A program made the translations under genes and the position numbers. DNA of 64,000 nt from a virus. Below, in pieces: positions 48,382 to 57,201 of this stretch (positions are counted from its first letter, which is position 1; each line of letters begins with the position of its first letter). Below the pieces are notes generated by a model. That model searched no databases and was not told the DNA's origin. It saw nothing but the letters and a program-made list of their open reading frames with translations. The stretch is from positions 32,001-96,000 of IMG/VR virus record IMGVR_UViG_3300023278_002686; one strand, written 5' to 3'.

Positions 48382-48627
48382 ATGAGAATCTTAGAAGATT
48401 ATCCTAAAGATGATGTTGAAACTCAAAACGAAGCTTTACAAATAGCTCAGCAATTAGGAGTAGATTTTTCTAAAGTAGATAAATCTGAGTTTATTAAAGG
48501 ATATGATGTTGAACATGAGCATGGGGAAACTGTAGGAAATAATAAAGAAATTATTGCAAAAATTACTTTGGATCATTTGAATGAAGATCCAAAATATTAC
48601 ACTAAATTATTAAGTCTAGGACTTTAG
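48382..48627 (+). CDS. DUF5661-like protein with MRILE leader
   Basis: GYDVEHEH...KITLDHLNEDPKYYTKL. Confidence 0.7.
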   Translation: MRILEDYPKDDVETQNEALQIAQQLGVDFSKVDKSEFIKGYDVEHEHGETVGNNKEIIAKITLDHLNEDPKYYTKLLSLGL

Positions 48628-48636
48628 GAAAAACTT

Positions 48637-48906
48637 ATGAAAATGTTACAAGAATTTTATTTGGAATATGATTTATCTACAAATAAACTTAAAATAGATA
48701 CATTAATGCCAAATGAAGCAAAATTTCTTAAAAATAAATTATCAATTGATGGATATAAGGTTGACTATAAACCTAGTAACGGAATATATTATCATCACAT
48801 AATTATATATAAAAATATAAATGATAGAGAACGAATAGCTAAATTATTAAAAAAATATTTAAATTTAAAAACATTTATAGATAGCTCTACAAATATTAAA
48901 TATTAA
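48637..48906 (+). CDS. putative internal virion protein
   Basis: MKMLQE leader. Confidence 0.55.
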   Translation: MKMLQEFYLEYDLSTNKLKIDTLMPNEAKFLKNKLSIDGYKVDYKPSNGIYYHHIIIYKNINDRERIAKLLKKYLNLKTFIDSSTNIKY

Positions 48907-48915
48907 AGGAATATT

Positions 48916-49623
48916 ATGAATAAAGTATTTAATACAATTAAGAAAAAATATCCTTCAGGTAAGAATGGTTGGATTATAATAGATGAAGATGGTTTTCTTG
49001 TCTATTTTCATAAAGCGTCTAAACGTGGAATAATGTTTGGATATGAGAATGGAAAAGTAGATACTTCATTAGGTAAGATGGATCCTAAAGATCAAGAATT
49101 CGATTATATGATAGTAGATGAAGGAGAACATGTTCATTCAGAAAAAGATTTTATGAATAAAATGTTTCCAGTGTTAGATACTATATTTGATTTAACTAAT
49201 AAAGATGTTTGGAGTTACGGGAGAATAAAGATGAAAGAAAATATAACAGGAAAAAGAAAAGCTACCAGAAAGGCTCTAGAGGTAAGAGTATCTTGGACTG
49301 GTAAGTCATTTATTATTAATTGGCAAGGTGACAAATCATCTGGACCTGTTCATTTTACAGGAACTAGAGAAGAATTTGCTAGAATGCTCCAAAAACTTCA
49401 AGCTAAAGATTCATTAACAAAACCTTTAATGAAACGACAACTTACTTATAAAGAAATGGTTGACAATATAATAGAACAAAAAGATTGCATTGTAATGATA
49501 TGGTCTAATGTCTTAGATAATATAAAAGGAACTATGTTTAATATGAATACTTTAAGAGATATCTTTAGAGAAGAATATGAAGTAGATCAAAGAAAAGATA
49601 ATTATTTTAAAGGAATTATATAA
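48916..49623 (+). CDS. hypothetical protein within internal-protein array
   Basis: 235 aa ORF, AAAGGA RBS. Confidence 0.55.
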   Translation: MNKVFNTIKKKYPSGKNGWIIIDEDGFLVYFHKASKRGIMFGYENGKVDTSLGKMDPKDQEFDYMIVDEGEHVHSEKDFMNKMFPVLDTIFDLTNKDVWSYGRIKMKENITGKRKATRKALEVRVSWTGKSFIINWQGDKSSGPVHFTGTREEFARMLQKLQAKDSLTKPLMKRQLTYKEMVDNIIEQKDCIVMIWSNVLDNIKGTMFNMNTLRDIFREEYEVDQRKDNYFKGII

Positions 49624-49658
49624 TTTATAAAAAATCAAAATACCTTGGAGGTAAATGA

Positions 49659-49910
49659 ATGAAAATTTTAAAAGAAGTTGTTAATCAGATTGATGTAGAT
49701 CTTAGTGATGATAATGCTAAGTTGTTTGTGAAATTATTAAGGAGTGCTGAAAAAAAATATAATCTAGAGATTATAAAAATTAAAATGCATGGTCCTGGTG
49801 GTGGAAATCCAAATGTTTTTTTTAAAGGAAAAGAAAAAGATTTACGTGGATGGTTTGTAAATGAATATATGGGTGATGATGATGAGTTTGACGAGTTTTT
49901 TAATAGATAA
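49659..49910 (+). CDS. putative internal virion protein
   Basis: MKILKE leader; HGPGGGNP motif. Confidence 0.6.
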   Translation: MKILKEVVNQIDVDLSDDNAKLFVKLLRSAEKKYNLEIIKIKMHGPGGGNPNVFFKGKEKDLRGWFVNEYMGDDDEFDEFFNR

Positions 49911-49993
49911 TTTATAAAAAATTGGAACTAAATACTGATAATAGAGCTGTTGCATTTAATAAATTTGTAATAGCTCTATTAAAATATGAGCCG

Positions 49994-50362
49994 AAAGGAG
50001 TTAAATAATGAAAATATTAAATTTTAATGAAAAAAGCATAAATGATTACACTTTTTATGAAATTTCGTTTGATGAAGATGACGATGACAGAGGAGAGCAT
50101 GTTATGTATGTTATGGTTGACAAACAAAAAAATGGGTATATGATAGAAGCTGATTTAGATGGAGATTGGGATTCACCGTGGAGAGATGGAGATATTGAAG
50201 CATCCACATTTCGAAACTTTGAAAGAAGTCAAGGTGTGAATAAAATTCGTAAAAATGATATACCTAAAGACATTTTAAAAGCGTTATTAGCGGAAGTATA
50301 AATAATAGAATATATGAATGAAAATTTATACACTTTAAAGGAGTTAAATAATGAAAATATTA
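49994..50362 (+). repeat. 26 bp direct repeat covering RBS and leader
   Basis: AAAGGAGTTAAATAATGAAAATATTA at 49994-50019 and 50337-50362. Confidence 0.85.
50008..50301 (+). CDS. putative internal virion protein
   Basis: MKILNFNE leader. Confidence 0.6.
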   Translation: MKILNFNEKSINDYTFYEISFDEDDDDRGEHVMYVMVDKQKNGYMIEADLDGDWDSPWRDGDIEASTFRNFERSQGVNKIRKNDIPKDILKALLAEV

Positions 50363-50500
50363 GAAGATCTTAAAATCTATGACACATTTGAACTCTTTAA
50401 AAAACATCAACCTAAGAGTAAGAATAAGGAATATGGACCTTTTCAAGTAGAAGGTAAGATCTTTCAATATGTATATCAAGTATATGACGCATTTAAATAA
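50351..50500 (+). CDS. putative internal virion protein (not in ORF track)
   Basis: AAAGGAG RBS; 49 aa MKILEDLKIYDTFELF... Confidence 0.6.
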   Translation: MKILEDLKIYDTFELFKKHQPKSKNKEYGPFQVEGKIFQYVYQVYDAFK

Positions 50501-50527
50501 CTATATTAACAGATAAGGAGATATTAA

Positions 50528-50953
50528 GTGAAATTAAATTATAAGAAAAGTGAAAGTATATTATCTTCTTTTTTAAAGTCAAAAGGAAGTATAGATAGAT
50601 TTTTAGAAACAATGATATCAGGTGATTTTAGTATTGATAATGTATATCCTCCTGATGTTGATCCTCCAGGAAGAAAACCTGAGGAAGATAAAGAGTTAGA
50701 ACCTTCAAAGGAATTAGATGATTTTATTCCAGATCCTCAATATGAATCTATAGAAGATGAAGAAATTGTAGATAATGTATTATTAGAGAATAATGAAAAT
50801 GCACGTAATATAATAGAACAAAAAAGTAAATTAGCAAGTCAATCTGGAACAATAACTACACATCATTCTTTTGAGAAAAATGAAGAAAAAGAAGAAATGG
50901 TAGATAATATAGAAGCTCCTAAAATGAATTCTAAATATTTACGTGGTATGTAA
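50528..50953 (+). CDS. acidic late protein
   Basis: AAGGAG plus GTG start; late motif at 50500. Confidence 0.55.
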   Translation: MKLNYKKSESILSSFLKSKGSIDRFLETMISGDFSIDNVYPPDVDPPGRKPEEDKELEPSKELDDFIPDPQYESIEDEEIVDNVLLENNENARNIIEQKSKLASQSGTITTHHSFEKNEEKEEMVDNIEAPKMNSKYLRGM

Positions 50954-51007
50954 CACTTTCTTAAGAAAAGAAAAGACAAACATCTAAACAAAAATTAAAA
51001 AAAAATA

Positions 51008-51036
51008 TTGATAAATCATTAAAATTCTAATATTAT
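51008..51036 (+). promoter_or_regulatory. sigma70-like promoter
   Basis: TTGATA-N17-TATTAT. Confidence 0.65.
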
Positions 51037-51079
51037 ATTAATATGTATATTTTATAAATATAAAAATAAGGAAAAGAGT

Positions 51080-51373
51080 ATGAGTATGAGTATTGGTACT
51101 GATTTATTATTAAGAATAGCTGAAGAAAAATTTAATAACTTAAAAGATAAAATTTCTCTTCTTTTTCAAAAACCAGAAGAAGCAGAAGAAGGGAACGTTT
51201 ATATATGCTTTCGCAAAGGGCAAGATCCAGTAATTATGAGAACAGAAATAAATTATAATGTATTATGGTTTTGTGCAATAGTAGAGGACTATGAATTATT
51301 ACCTGAAGATATAGAAGTTATAGTTGCTGTTGATGAACTATTGGAGTTAAGAGAATGCAAGATAAAAATATAG
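51080..51373 (+). CDS. hypothetical protein
   Basis: First gene after promoter 51008. Confidence 0.55.
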   Translation: MSMSIGTDLLLRIAEEKFNNLKDKISLLFQKPEEAEEGNVYICFRKGQDPVIMRTEINYNVLWFCAIVEDYELLPEDIEVIVAVDELLELRECKIKI

Positions 51374-51579
51374 AAAAGTTATGGAGAATTCCTGTATTAG
51401 CTATTAGTTTAGAATTTCTCCTAATGTTTTTTTTAGGAATTCTAAAAATTGATAAATTAAATCTTATATCTGTTATAATCCTCACAATAAGTACTATACC
51501 TTTAGTATATTATTTTTATAATCTATTCAAACAAAAAATTAAGGAGATAGAAAAGAATGAACCAAATGGAATTAACTGA
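51355..51579 (+). CDS. two-TM membrane protein
   Basis: Hydrophobic segments; GGAG RBS. Confidence 0.55.
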   Translation: MQDKNIEKLWRIPVLAISLEFLLMFFLGILKIDKLNLISVIILTISTIPLVYYFYNLFKQKIKEIEKNEPNGIN

Positions 51580-51769
51580 TTTTAAAAATCTAACTAAAAA
51601 AGATTTAGAAGAAACTTATAATAAATATAGATCTAATGTATTAGATAAAGTTTCTTTAGAAAAAAGAAAATATTGGACTAATAGAGTTGATCTAATTAAA
51701 AGTCTTGAAGGTAGATTACAAATGTTAGAAAAAATAGATAAGTATTGGACAAATCTTGAAAAAAACTAG
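51557..51769 (+). CDS. hypothetical protein
   Basis: AAGGAG RBS. Confidence 0.55.
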   Translation: MNQMELTDFKNLTKKDLEETYNKYRSNVLDKVSLEKRKYWTNRVDLIKSLEGRLQMLEKIDKYWTNLEKN

Positions 51770-51956
51770 AGCTATAGTTAAGTCTATACTAATAATGATA
51801 TTAGTATTTTTAATCGTTGGAGTTATTTATGGATATGCTTATTTATTAACTAAAATAAATAGTTTAGTAATATCTTTATTGGCTATTTCAATTCCTTCTT
51901 TTATAGGAGGAGTTATAATTTTCTATTATATGTTTAAAAGGTTTGAGGAGAATTAA
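51756..51956 (+). CDS. two-TM membrane protein
   Basis: Hydrophobic segments. Confidence 0.55.
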   Translation: MKKTRAIVKSILIMILVFLIVGVIYGYAYLLTKINSLVISLLAISIPSFIGGVIIFYYMFKRFEEN

Positions 51957-51957
51957 A

Positions 51958-52482
51958 ATGAAGAAATTTTTATTATTATTTATTACAATTTTTATGTGTT
52001 TATCTTGTGAGTGTATTAAAGATATTCATACAAAAACTTTTCCATTAAAAAGTTTACAACAAAATCAAATTGTTAAACATCATAAAGGTAGTCCAGCAAA
52101 AGGCTGGTTTGTTTTAGGAATTGGAAGTTATTCTGGAGGAGTAGAAAATTATTCAGAATATTTTAATGTGTATCAAGGTTTTGCGAAAACAGGTTTAGGA
52201 TATAAAAAAATATATTTTCCTGAAAGATGCACTGAAATAATTGAAGGTGCCGAAGAAAATAAAATTATAGTGGTTTTAAAATTAACCAAACAATTAGATG
52301 TTTATTTGGGATCTTATTCTATTAGTAAATTTCTATATTTTTTAAAAAATAATGATTTTTTATTTTTATGCGAAGGTTATAATGAATTACTAAAAAATGA
52401 TGAGTCAAAATATACGGATTTAAAAATTTATGTATACATAAAAGATAATTTAATAATAGAGGAGTTTAAGGAGTTATATTAA
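51958..52482 (+). CDS. putative lipoprotein
   Basis: GAGGAG RBS before MKKFLLLFITIFMCLSC (lipobox-like). Confidence 0.55.
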   Translation: MKKFLLLFITIFMCLSCECIKDIHTKTFPLKSLQQNQIVKHHKGSPAKGWFVLGIGSYSGGVENYSEYFNVYQGFAKTGLGYKKIYFPERCTEIIEGAEENKIIVVLKLTKQLDVYLGSYSISKFLYFLKNNDFLFLCEGYNELLKNDESKYTDLKIYVYIKDNLIIEEFKELY

Positions 52483-52532
52483 TGAGAAAAAAAGCTTTAT
52501 GTAAAAAATTAAAAAAAGAGAGGATTAATTAA

Positions 52533-53126
52533 ATGAGTGATGCATTTCAAGAGTATGAAAAATTAGAATTAGAAGATGAGAATTTAAATGGGTATAAGAA
52601 TTTCATTTTAAATGTTATTAAGAAATATAAGAAGTATGTAAAAATGACTTCTAATGATATGCAGATAACGCCTGCTGATATCAATACTGCATTGGCATAT
52701 TATCCATCAACTTATCTTAGTTTGATTGGAGAGTATAACATTAAGAAACTTAAGCATTTTGAAATTAAAAGAAAGTTTCAAGCTTGGTATGATTCAAAAT
52801 TTGTTGAAATAAAAACTAAGATGATTGAAGAAGCTGAAAAAAAGCAAGGTGATAAAAAGAGTAGTATAAAACTTGCTGTAAAAGAGTATGAGACTGAATT
52901 AAGAAATTCATATAAAGAAGAATATAATAATTGGACTACTAAAGTTACGTTAGCTGAGTATGAAGAAAGAATGATTCTTAGAATATTAGATTTATTTAAA
53001 GGATTTGATACTATTTTAAGTACTATGGGATCTAATTCTAGACAAGAAATGAGAACATTATCACTTCAAAATAGAATGAATACTATAAATAATCCAACTA
53101 ATCCAATAACAAGAACACCTGTTTAA
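52533..53126 (+). CDS. possible UvsY-like recombination mediator
   Basis: All-helical, FQAWYDSKF pattern; weak similarity only. Confidence 0.4.
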   Translation: MSDAFQEYEKLELEDENLNGYKNFILNVIKKYKKYVKMTSNDMQITPADINTALAYYPSTYLSLIGEYNIKKLKHFEIKRKFQAWYDSKFVEIKTKMIEEAEKKQGDKKSSIKLAVKEYETELRNSYKEEYNNWTTKVTLAEYEERMILRILDLFKGFDTILSTMGSNSRQEMRTLSLQNRMNTINNPTNPITRTPV

Positions 53127-53169
53127 AAGTTCTCTGTTTATACGAATTCCTATGACTATATAATTAGTT

Positions 53170-53682
53170 ATGGGAATTCAACAAAAATTAGATAAAGCAT
53201 TAACCCCCGCAAAAAGAAAACTTTTTGATAATACCATAAATGTTTTAGGTTTAGAAGTAGATGGAGTTAGAATACGAGTTGAAGAAGATATGTATTCTAA
53301 TGAAGATGAACCTACTATTTTAAGAACTGATACAATTTCTTGTATCATAAATTATCCACCAGAATTACCATTATTTAGATCACGAAGTGATAATAATGAA
53401 TTACCTCCCGATAAAGTTGTAGATAATGGATCTTCAACAGGAGTATTTTTCTTTGAAATTCTTCCTATAGAGATATGGACTAAATGGAGTGATAATGTAG
53501 AAAGTGGAGATTTTATTATACATAAAATAGAAGATGAGCAAGGAAATGATTTAAAAATTATTCTTAAAGTTTCAGAAGTTTTAGGATCGTTTAGATCATC
53601 ATTGATTTGGAAAAAACTTCATTGTGCTTTATATAATGGCAAGTATGAATCAATGTTAAGTAATATAATAGACAATGTATAG
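53170..53682 (+). CDS. late protein, possible head-completion/neck protein
   Basis: Late motif at 53155; beta-barrel pattern VESGDFII. Confidence 0.45.
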   Translation: MGIQQKLDKALTPAKRKLFDNTINVLGLEVDGVRIRVEEDMYSNEDEPTILRTDTISCIINYPPELPLFRSRSDNNELPPDKVVDNGSSTGVFFFEILPIEIWTKWSDNVESGDFIIHKIEDEQGNDLKIILKVSEVLGSFRSSLIWKKLHCALYNGKYESMLSNIIDNV

Positions 53683-53739
53683 TAATGTAATGTATTCTTT
53701 ACTATATAAATATATAAGATTTTAAAGGAGATAGCTGAT

Positions 53740-54600
53740 ATGGCTAAAATTAAAAAGAAAACCTCTTTAAAAGAATCAATTAAAGGTAAAAAAGCAGGTT
53801 ATATAAGAATAAGATTTACTCATTTAATTAATGAAAATGTTTTACTTCAAAAAGGTGATTATATAGCAGTTTACGAAAATATTAGTAATTTTGATTCAAA
53901 AGTAAAAGGTAAAAGAATAGGTCACGCTAAAATTATAAAAGACGTTTTAATTAATGAAACTGTTAAATTAGAAAAGAATGATATAATTACTATTTATAGT
54001 GAAAATATGGTTACGGATGAACCTCCAAAAAGTGCTGAACTAACTGGAGACGGTTCTGATGATGTTGATGTAGATTCTTATGTATCTACTGAATACGATG
54101 AAGGTATGACTACAGAAGCTCCTCCTGCAAGTGCAGAAGTAACTGGAGATGGATCTGATGATGTTGACGCTGGAGATCCATTAGGTGCGGGTGAAGTAGA
54201 TCCACATCAAGGTCAACAAAATAAACAAATTGATATTGCTGAAGAAGATGAATCAGAAAACGAAGATGAAGAAATTACTGAAGAAGATGAAGAAGATGAA
54301 GAAATTATTGCTGAAGGTGAATTCGAATTCGATATGGAAGAAACAGACGATGAAGAAGAAATAACTGATGTTCCTTTTGATGGTGGAGTTGATGCGACTT
54401 TAGATGATACTATGACTGATGAAGCTGGAATGGGACCTGAAGATGGCGGTGAAATGGATTATATCGAAGGTGAAGATATATACGATGAAGAACCTATTGT
54501 TGATAATGATATAAAATATGATACTGAAGATGAAGATGAAGAATATATTGAAACTCTTGAAAAGAAAATTAAAGAAATGAGAGAAAAAAGAAAAAAATAA
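53740..54600 (+). CDS. highly acidic prohead core/scaffold-like protein with internal repeats
   Basis: D/E-rich; repeats LINE.V.L.K.D.I..Y.E and M.T..PP.SAE.TGDGSDDVD; late motif at 53701. Confidence 0.55.
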   Translation: MAKIKKKTSLKESIKGKKAGYIRIRFTHLINENVLLQKGDYIAVYENISNFDSKVKGKRIGHAKIIKDVLINETVKLEKNDIITIYSENMVTDEPPKSAELTGDGSDDVDVDSYVSTEYDEGMTTEAPPASAEVTGDGSDDVDAGDPLGAGEVDPHQGQQNKQIDIAEEDESENEDEEITEEDEEDEEIIAEGEFEFDMEETDDEEEITDVPFDGGVDATLDDTMTDEAGMGPEDGGEMDYIEGEDIYDEEPIVDNDIKYDTEDEDEEYIETLEKKIKEMREKRKK

Positions 54601-54622
54601 AAAGTTAATTTTAAAAAGATAG

Positions 54623-54653
54623 AGGATAAGTAAATAATACTTATCCTTTTTTT
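54623..54653 (+). terminator. rho-independent terminator
   Basis: AGGATAAGTA-aataa-TACTTATCCT plus T tract. Confidence 0.85.
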
Positions 54654-54667
54654 ATGACTATATAATT

Positions 54668-55630
54668 ATGAAAACAGGTATTACTCTTAAGAAAAAGTTA
54701 GGTCTAAATAATATAGCTGTTGTAAAAGTTTCTAGGATTCTTGATTTACCTACTCCATCATATTTAATATGGTATGATTCACATAGACCAACTCGACCTA
54801 TTACAACTCGTACAGTAAAAAAATACCCTGGAGTTGGTCAAGTTTATAGAGGAATAAAAGGATTTAAAGAACCTGTTAGATTCACACCTCCTATGTTAAT
54901 AGAAGATTTTACTGGAAATCTTAGTACTGGTCTTTATTTTGCAATAGATCTTTCAGGAAGATTTTTAGTAGACACTAAAATATTAGAAAATAAACAAAAA
55001 CTAAATTATTCAATAATAGTTGAATTTCTTCAATTAGCAGATTTAATGAAATCACAAGGTATGAGTGATTTTACAAGACCTTATAGAAGTGAAAGAAATA
55101 GAGTAACTGGAATAGAATCAAATGTTGCTAAATTAGTTGATTTAGAATTAAATCAAGAAGATAACTCTATCACATTTAAATGGTTAACAGAACCTACTGA
55201 TAAGTATGGTCCTGAAGCTCAATTTAAACAAGTAGATCCATCTACACTAGCTATGGGATCTAATTCGTCTAAGACATATGATATGGATATTAAAATATTA
55301 AACTTTTTTGATTGGTTAGATACATATTCTAATAAAACAGAAATAACTCGTAAAGATATGAAAGATATATTTGATGTATCTTATGTTCAAGTATGGAGTA
55401 ATGATCCTTCTTTTCAATATCAAGGAATTAATTACTGGTTAACTCAAGTAGACGCAAGTATTCATCCAACTAATATAGCACCTAAACAATGGAATAATCC
55501 TGGATTACATGGAGATGGAAATGCATTTCTATCTAAACATTTAGGTGGGTTAATAAACGGAATTAAATTCTGGTATCAACCTATGGCTTCAAAGTTAACA
55601 AAAAGATTAAAGGATGAAGGAATTTTATGA
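54668..55630 (+). CDS. late protein with degenerate SWIM-like motif
   Basis: VQVWSNDPSFQYQG..Y...P...N...LSKHL; ACTATA TAATT ATG. Confidence 0.55.
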   Translation: MKTGITLKKKLGLNNIAVVKVSRILDLPTPSYLIWYDSHRPTRPITTRTVKKYPGVGQVYRGIKGFKEPVRFTPPMLIEDFTGNLSTGLYFAIDLSGRFLVDTKILENKQKLNYSIIVEFLQLADLMKSQGMSDFTRPYRSERNRVTGIESNVAKLVDLELNQEDNSITFKWLTEPTDKYGPEAQFKQVDPSTLAMGSNSSKTYDMDIKILNFFDWLDTYSNKTEITRKDMKDIFDVSYVQVWSNDPSFQYQGINYWLTQVDASIHPTNIAPKQWNNPGLHGDGNAFLSKHLGGLINGIKFWYQPMASKLTKRLKDEGIL

Positions 55631-56166
55631 GAATACTAGATGATCTTGATTTAAAGATTTTAAAAAAAGGTGAATATGTAGATTTTGCTACTCCTGTAGA
55701 TATACCTTATGAATTAATTCATGCTACAGATGATACTATTATATGTATTCCTATTATAGGAGATAAAATAGGAATTAGATATGAATTTTGTCCTCCTTAT
55801 ATGGTAAAAGATCAAGTTAGAAATTATTATACATTAATTACAGGTGGAATTAATTCAGATGAAAAATCTATTGAAGGTTTAAAGCGAGAAGTAAAGGAAG
55901 AAGCTGGAGTAATTATTAAAGATTATGACATTCTTTTTCAAAAATTAAATATACCTATTTGGAAGTCTACAGATAATAGAATGTATTTTTATATAATTCG
56001 AATTAATGATTATGAAAAAATAATACCTCCTGGAGATGGTACGAAAAATGAACAAAAGAGTGTAACAAAATGGATTACATTAGATGAATATAAAAAATTA
56101 TTAAATTTAGACAATGTAGATTACTTATTTTCCATAAGTTATTATCTTTTAAAGGGAGTTATTTAA
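55627..56166 (+). CDS. Nudix hydrolase
   Basis: Nudix box GGINSDEKSIEGLKREVKEEAG; MRILDD N-terminus. Confidence 0.88.
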   Translation: MRILDDLDLKILKKGEYVDFATPVDIPYELIHATDDTIICIPIIGDKIGIRYEFCPPYMVKDQVRNYYTLITGGINSDEKSIEGLKREVKEEAGVIIKDYDILFQKLNIPIWKSTDNRMYFYIIRINDYEKIIPPGDGTKNEQKSVTKWITLDEYKKLLNLDNVDYLFSISYYLLKGVI

Positions 56167-56414
56167 TGAGAATAATTTATTTACTAGAACAGGATGAAAA
56201 GACTTTACTTTTATTAAGTATAGACGAATTAGATTTAAAGAAAGATTATTATCAAGACCTTATTCGTATATTAGAACGAAAAGTTGATATTACTCAATCG
56301 TTAGATAAAGATGTTACATCTATTCTTGATAAAATTGAATCTTTAGAAGATTCTGTTCGAGATATAAATCGACAAATAAGTGATAAACGTAGAAAAGTAT
56401 CTGAGATAGAATAG
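56166..56414 (+). CDS. coiled-coil protein
   Basis: MRIIYLLE N-terminus; heptad pattern. Confidence 0.55.
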   Translation: MRIIYLLEQDEKTLLLLSIDELDLKKDYYQDLIRILERKVDITQSLDKDVTSILDKIESLEDSVRDINRQISDKRRKVSEIE

Positions 56415-56442
56415 TTTCTACTATATTATTAGAGGTATTATT

Positions 56443-56727
56443 GTGTGGAATAAAATTAAAAATTTCTTTAAAAAATCACGAATGTTTATTGTATTTGTAA
56501 TAGGACTTATATTTTCTATTATAGCTTTATTACTTAATAGTAAAAACAATCAAACTGTTGGAGATCTTATTAAAGATAAGAAAAATAAATTAGATAAGAA
56601 AAAAGAAAATCTTAATAAAAAAATAGATATTGACATAGAAGAAGGTAAAAAGACTGTTGCAGATATTTTAAAAAGACAAAAAGAACGAGATAAAATTTTA
56701 AATGAATATCTTAAGAAGGATAAATAA
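56443..56727 (+). CDS. TM plus coiled-coil protein (i-spanin/holin-like)
   Basis: One TM then Lys-rich coiled coil; late motif at 56420. Confidence 0.45.
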   Translation: MWNKIKNFFKKSRMFIVFVIGLIFSIIALLLNSKNNQTVGDLIKDKKNKLDKKKENLNKKIDIDIEEGKKTVADILKRQKERDKILNEYLKKDK

Positions 56728-57201
56728 ATGAAAAAATTAATATGGATAGTATTATTATTAGGATTTTTAATAGGTACAACTCCTTGTTATTCTAAAGAAG
56801 CCATAATAGAAACAAAAGATGGAAAAGTAACTGTATATATTCCAGAAACAAAGGCAGCATTAGAAGAAGCTATGCTACAATTATTAGCTGTTTGTTATGA
56901 TCAGAGAATAGATATAGATGCTTTAGTAAATCTTCAAAATATATTTCAAGCAGATATTTTAGAACTTAGACTACTTCATGCACAATATGAAAATTTATTA
57001 TTATCAATTAAAAATGTAGAGGTATATAAACCTAAGTTTATTAGACAAGTTGTAATGATTGGATCTAATATAACTTTTGAAGATCCTTTTATATACGATA
57101 TATCTTTAGGTTATGGAATTTTATTACTAGATAGATTACAGATTATAGCAAATATAGAAATACCTTTTGAATTAGGATTAAAAATAGGAATAATATTTTA
57201 A
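56728..57201 (+). CDS. secreted/envelope protein (spanin-like candidate)
   Basis: Signal peptide with Cys, helical middle, amphipathic beta strands ending in Phe. Confidence 0.4.
   Translation: MKKLIWIVLLLGFLIGTTPCYSKEAIIETKDGKVTVYIPETKAALEEAMLQLLAVCYDQRIDIDALVNLQNIFQADILELRLLHAQYENLLLSIKNVEVYKPKFIRQVVMIGSNITFEDPFIYDISLGYGILLLDRLQIIANIEIPFELGLKIGIIF

Noticed and set aside
49940-49980. Long hairpin AATAGAGCT...AGCTCTATT as a terminator
   Set aside because: No T tract follows on either strand; it may be a processing or stability stem, but its function is unsupported
46600-50500. CRISPR array or integron attC cassettes
   Set aside because: Repeats occur only in pairs, overlap RBS/start codons and are separated by whole genes; no cas or integrase in the window
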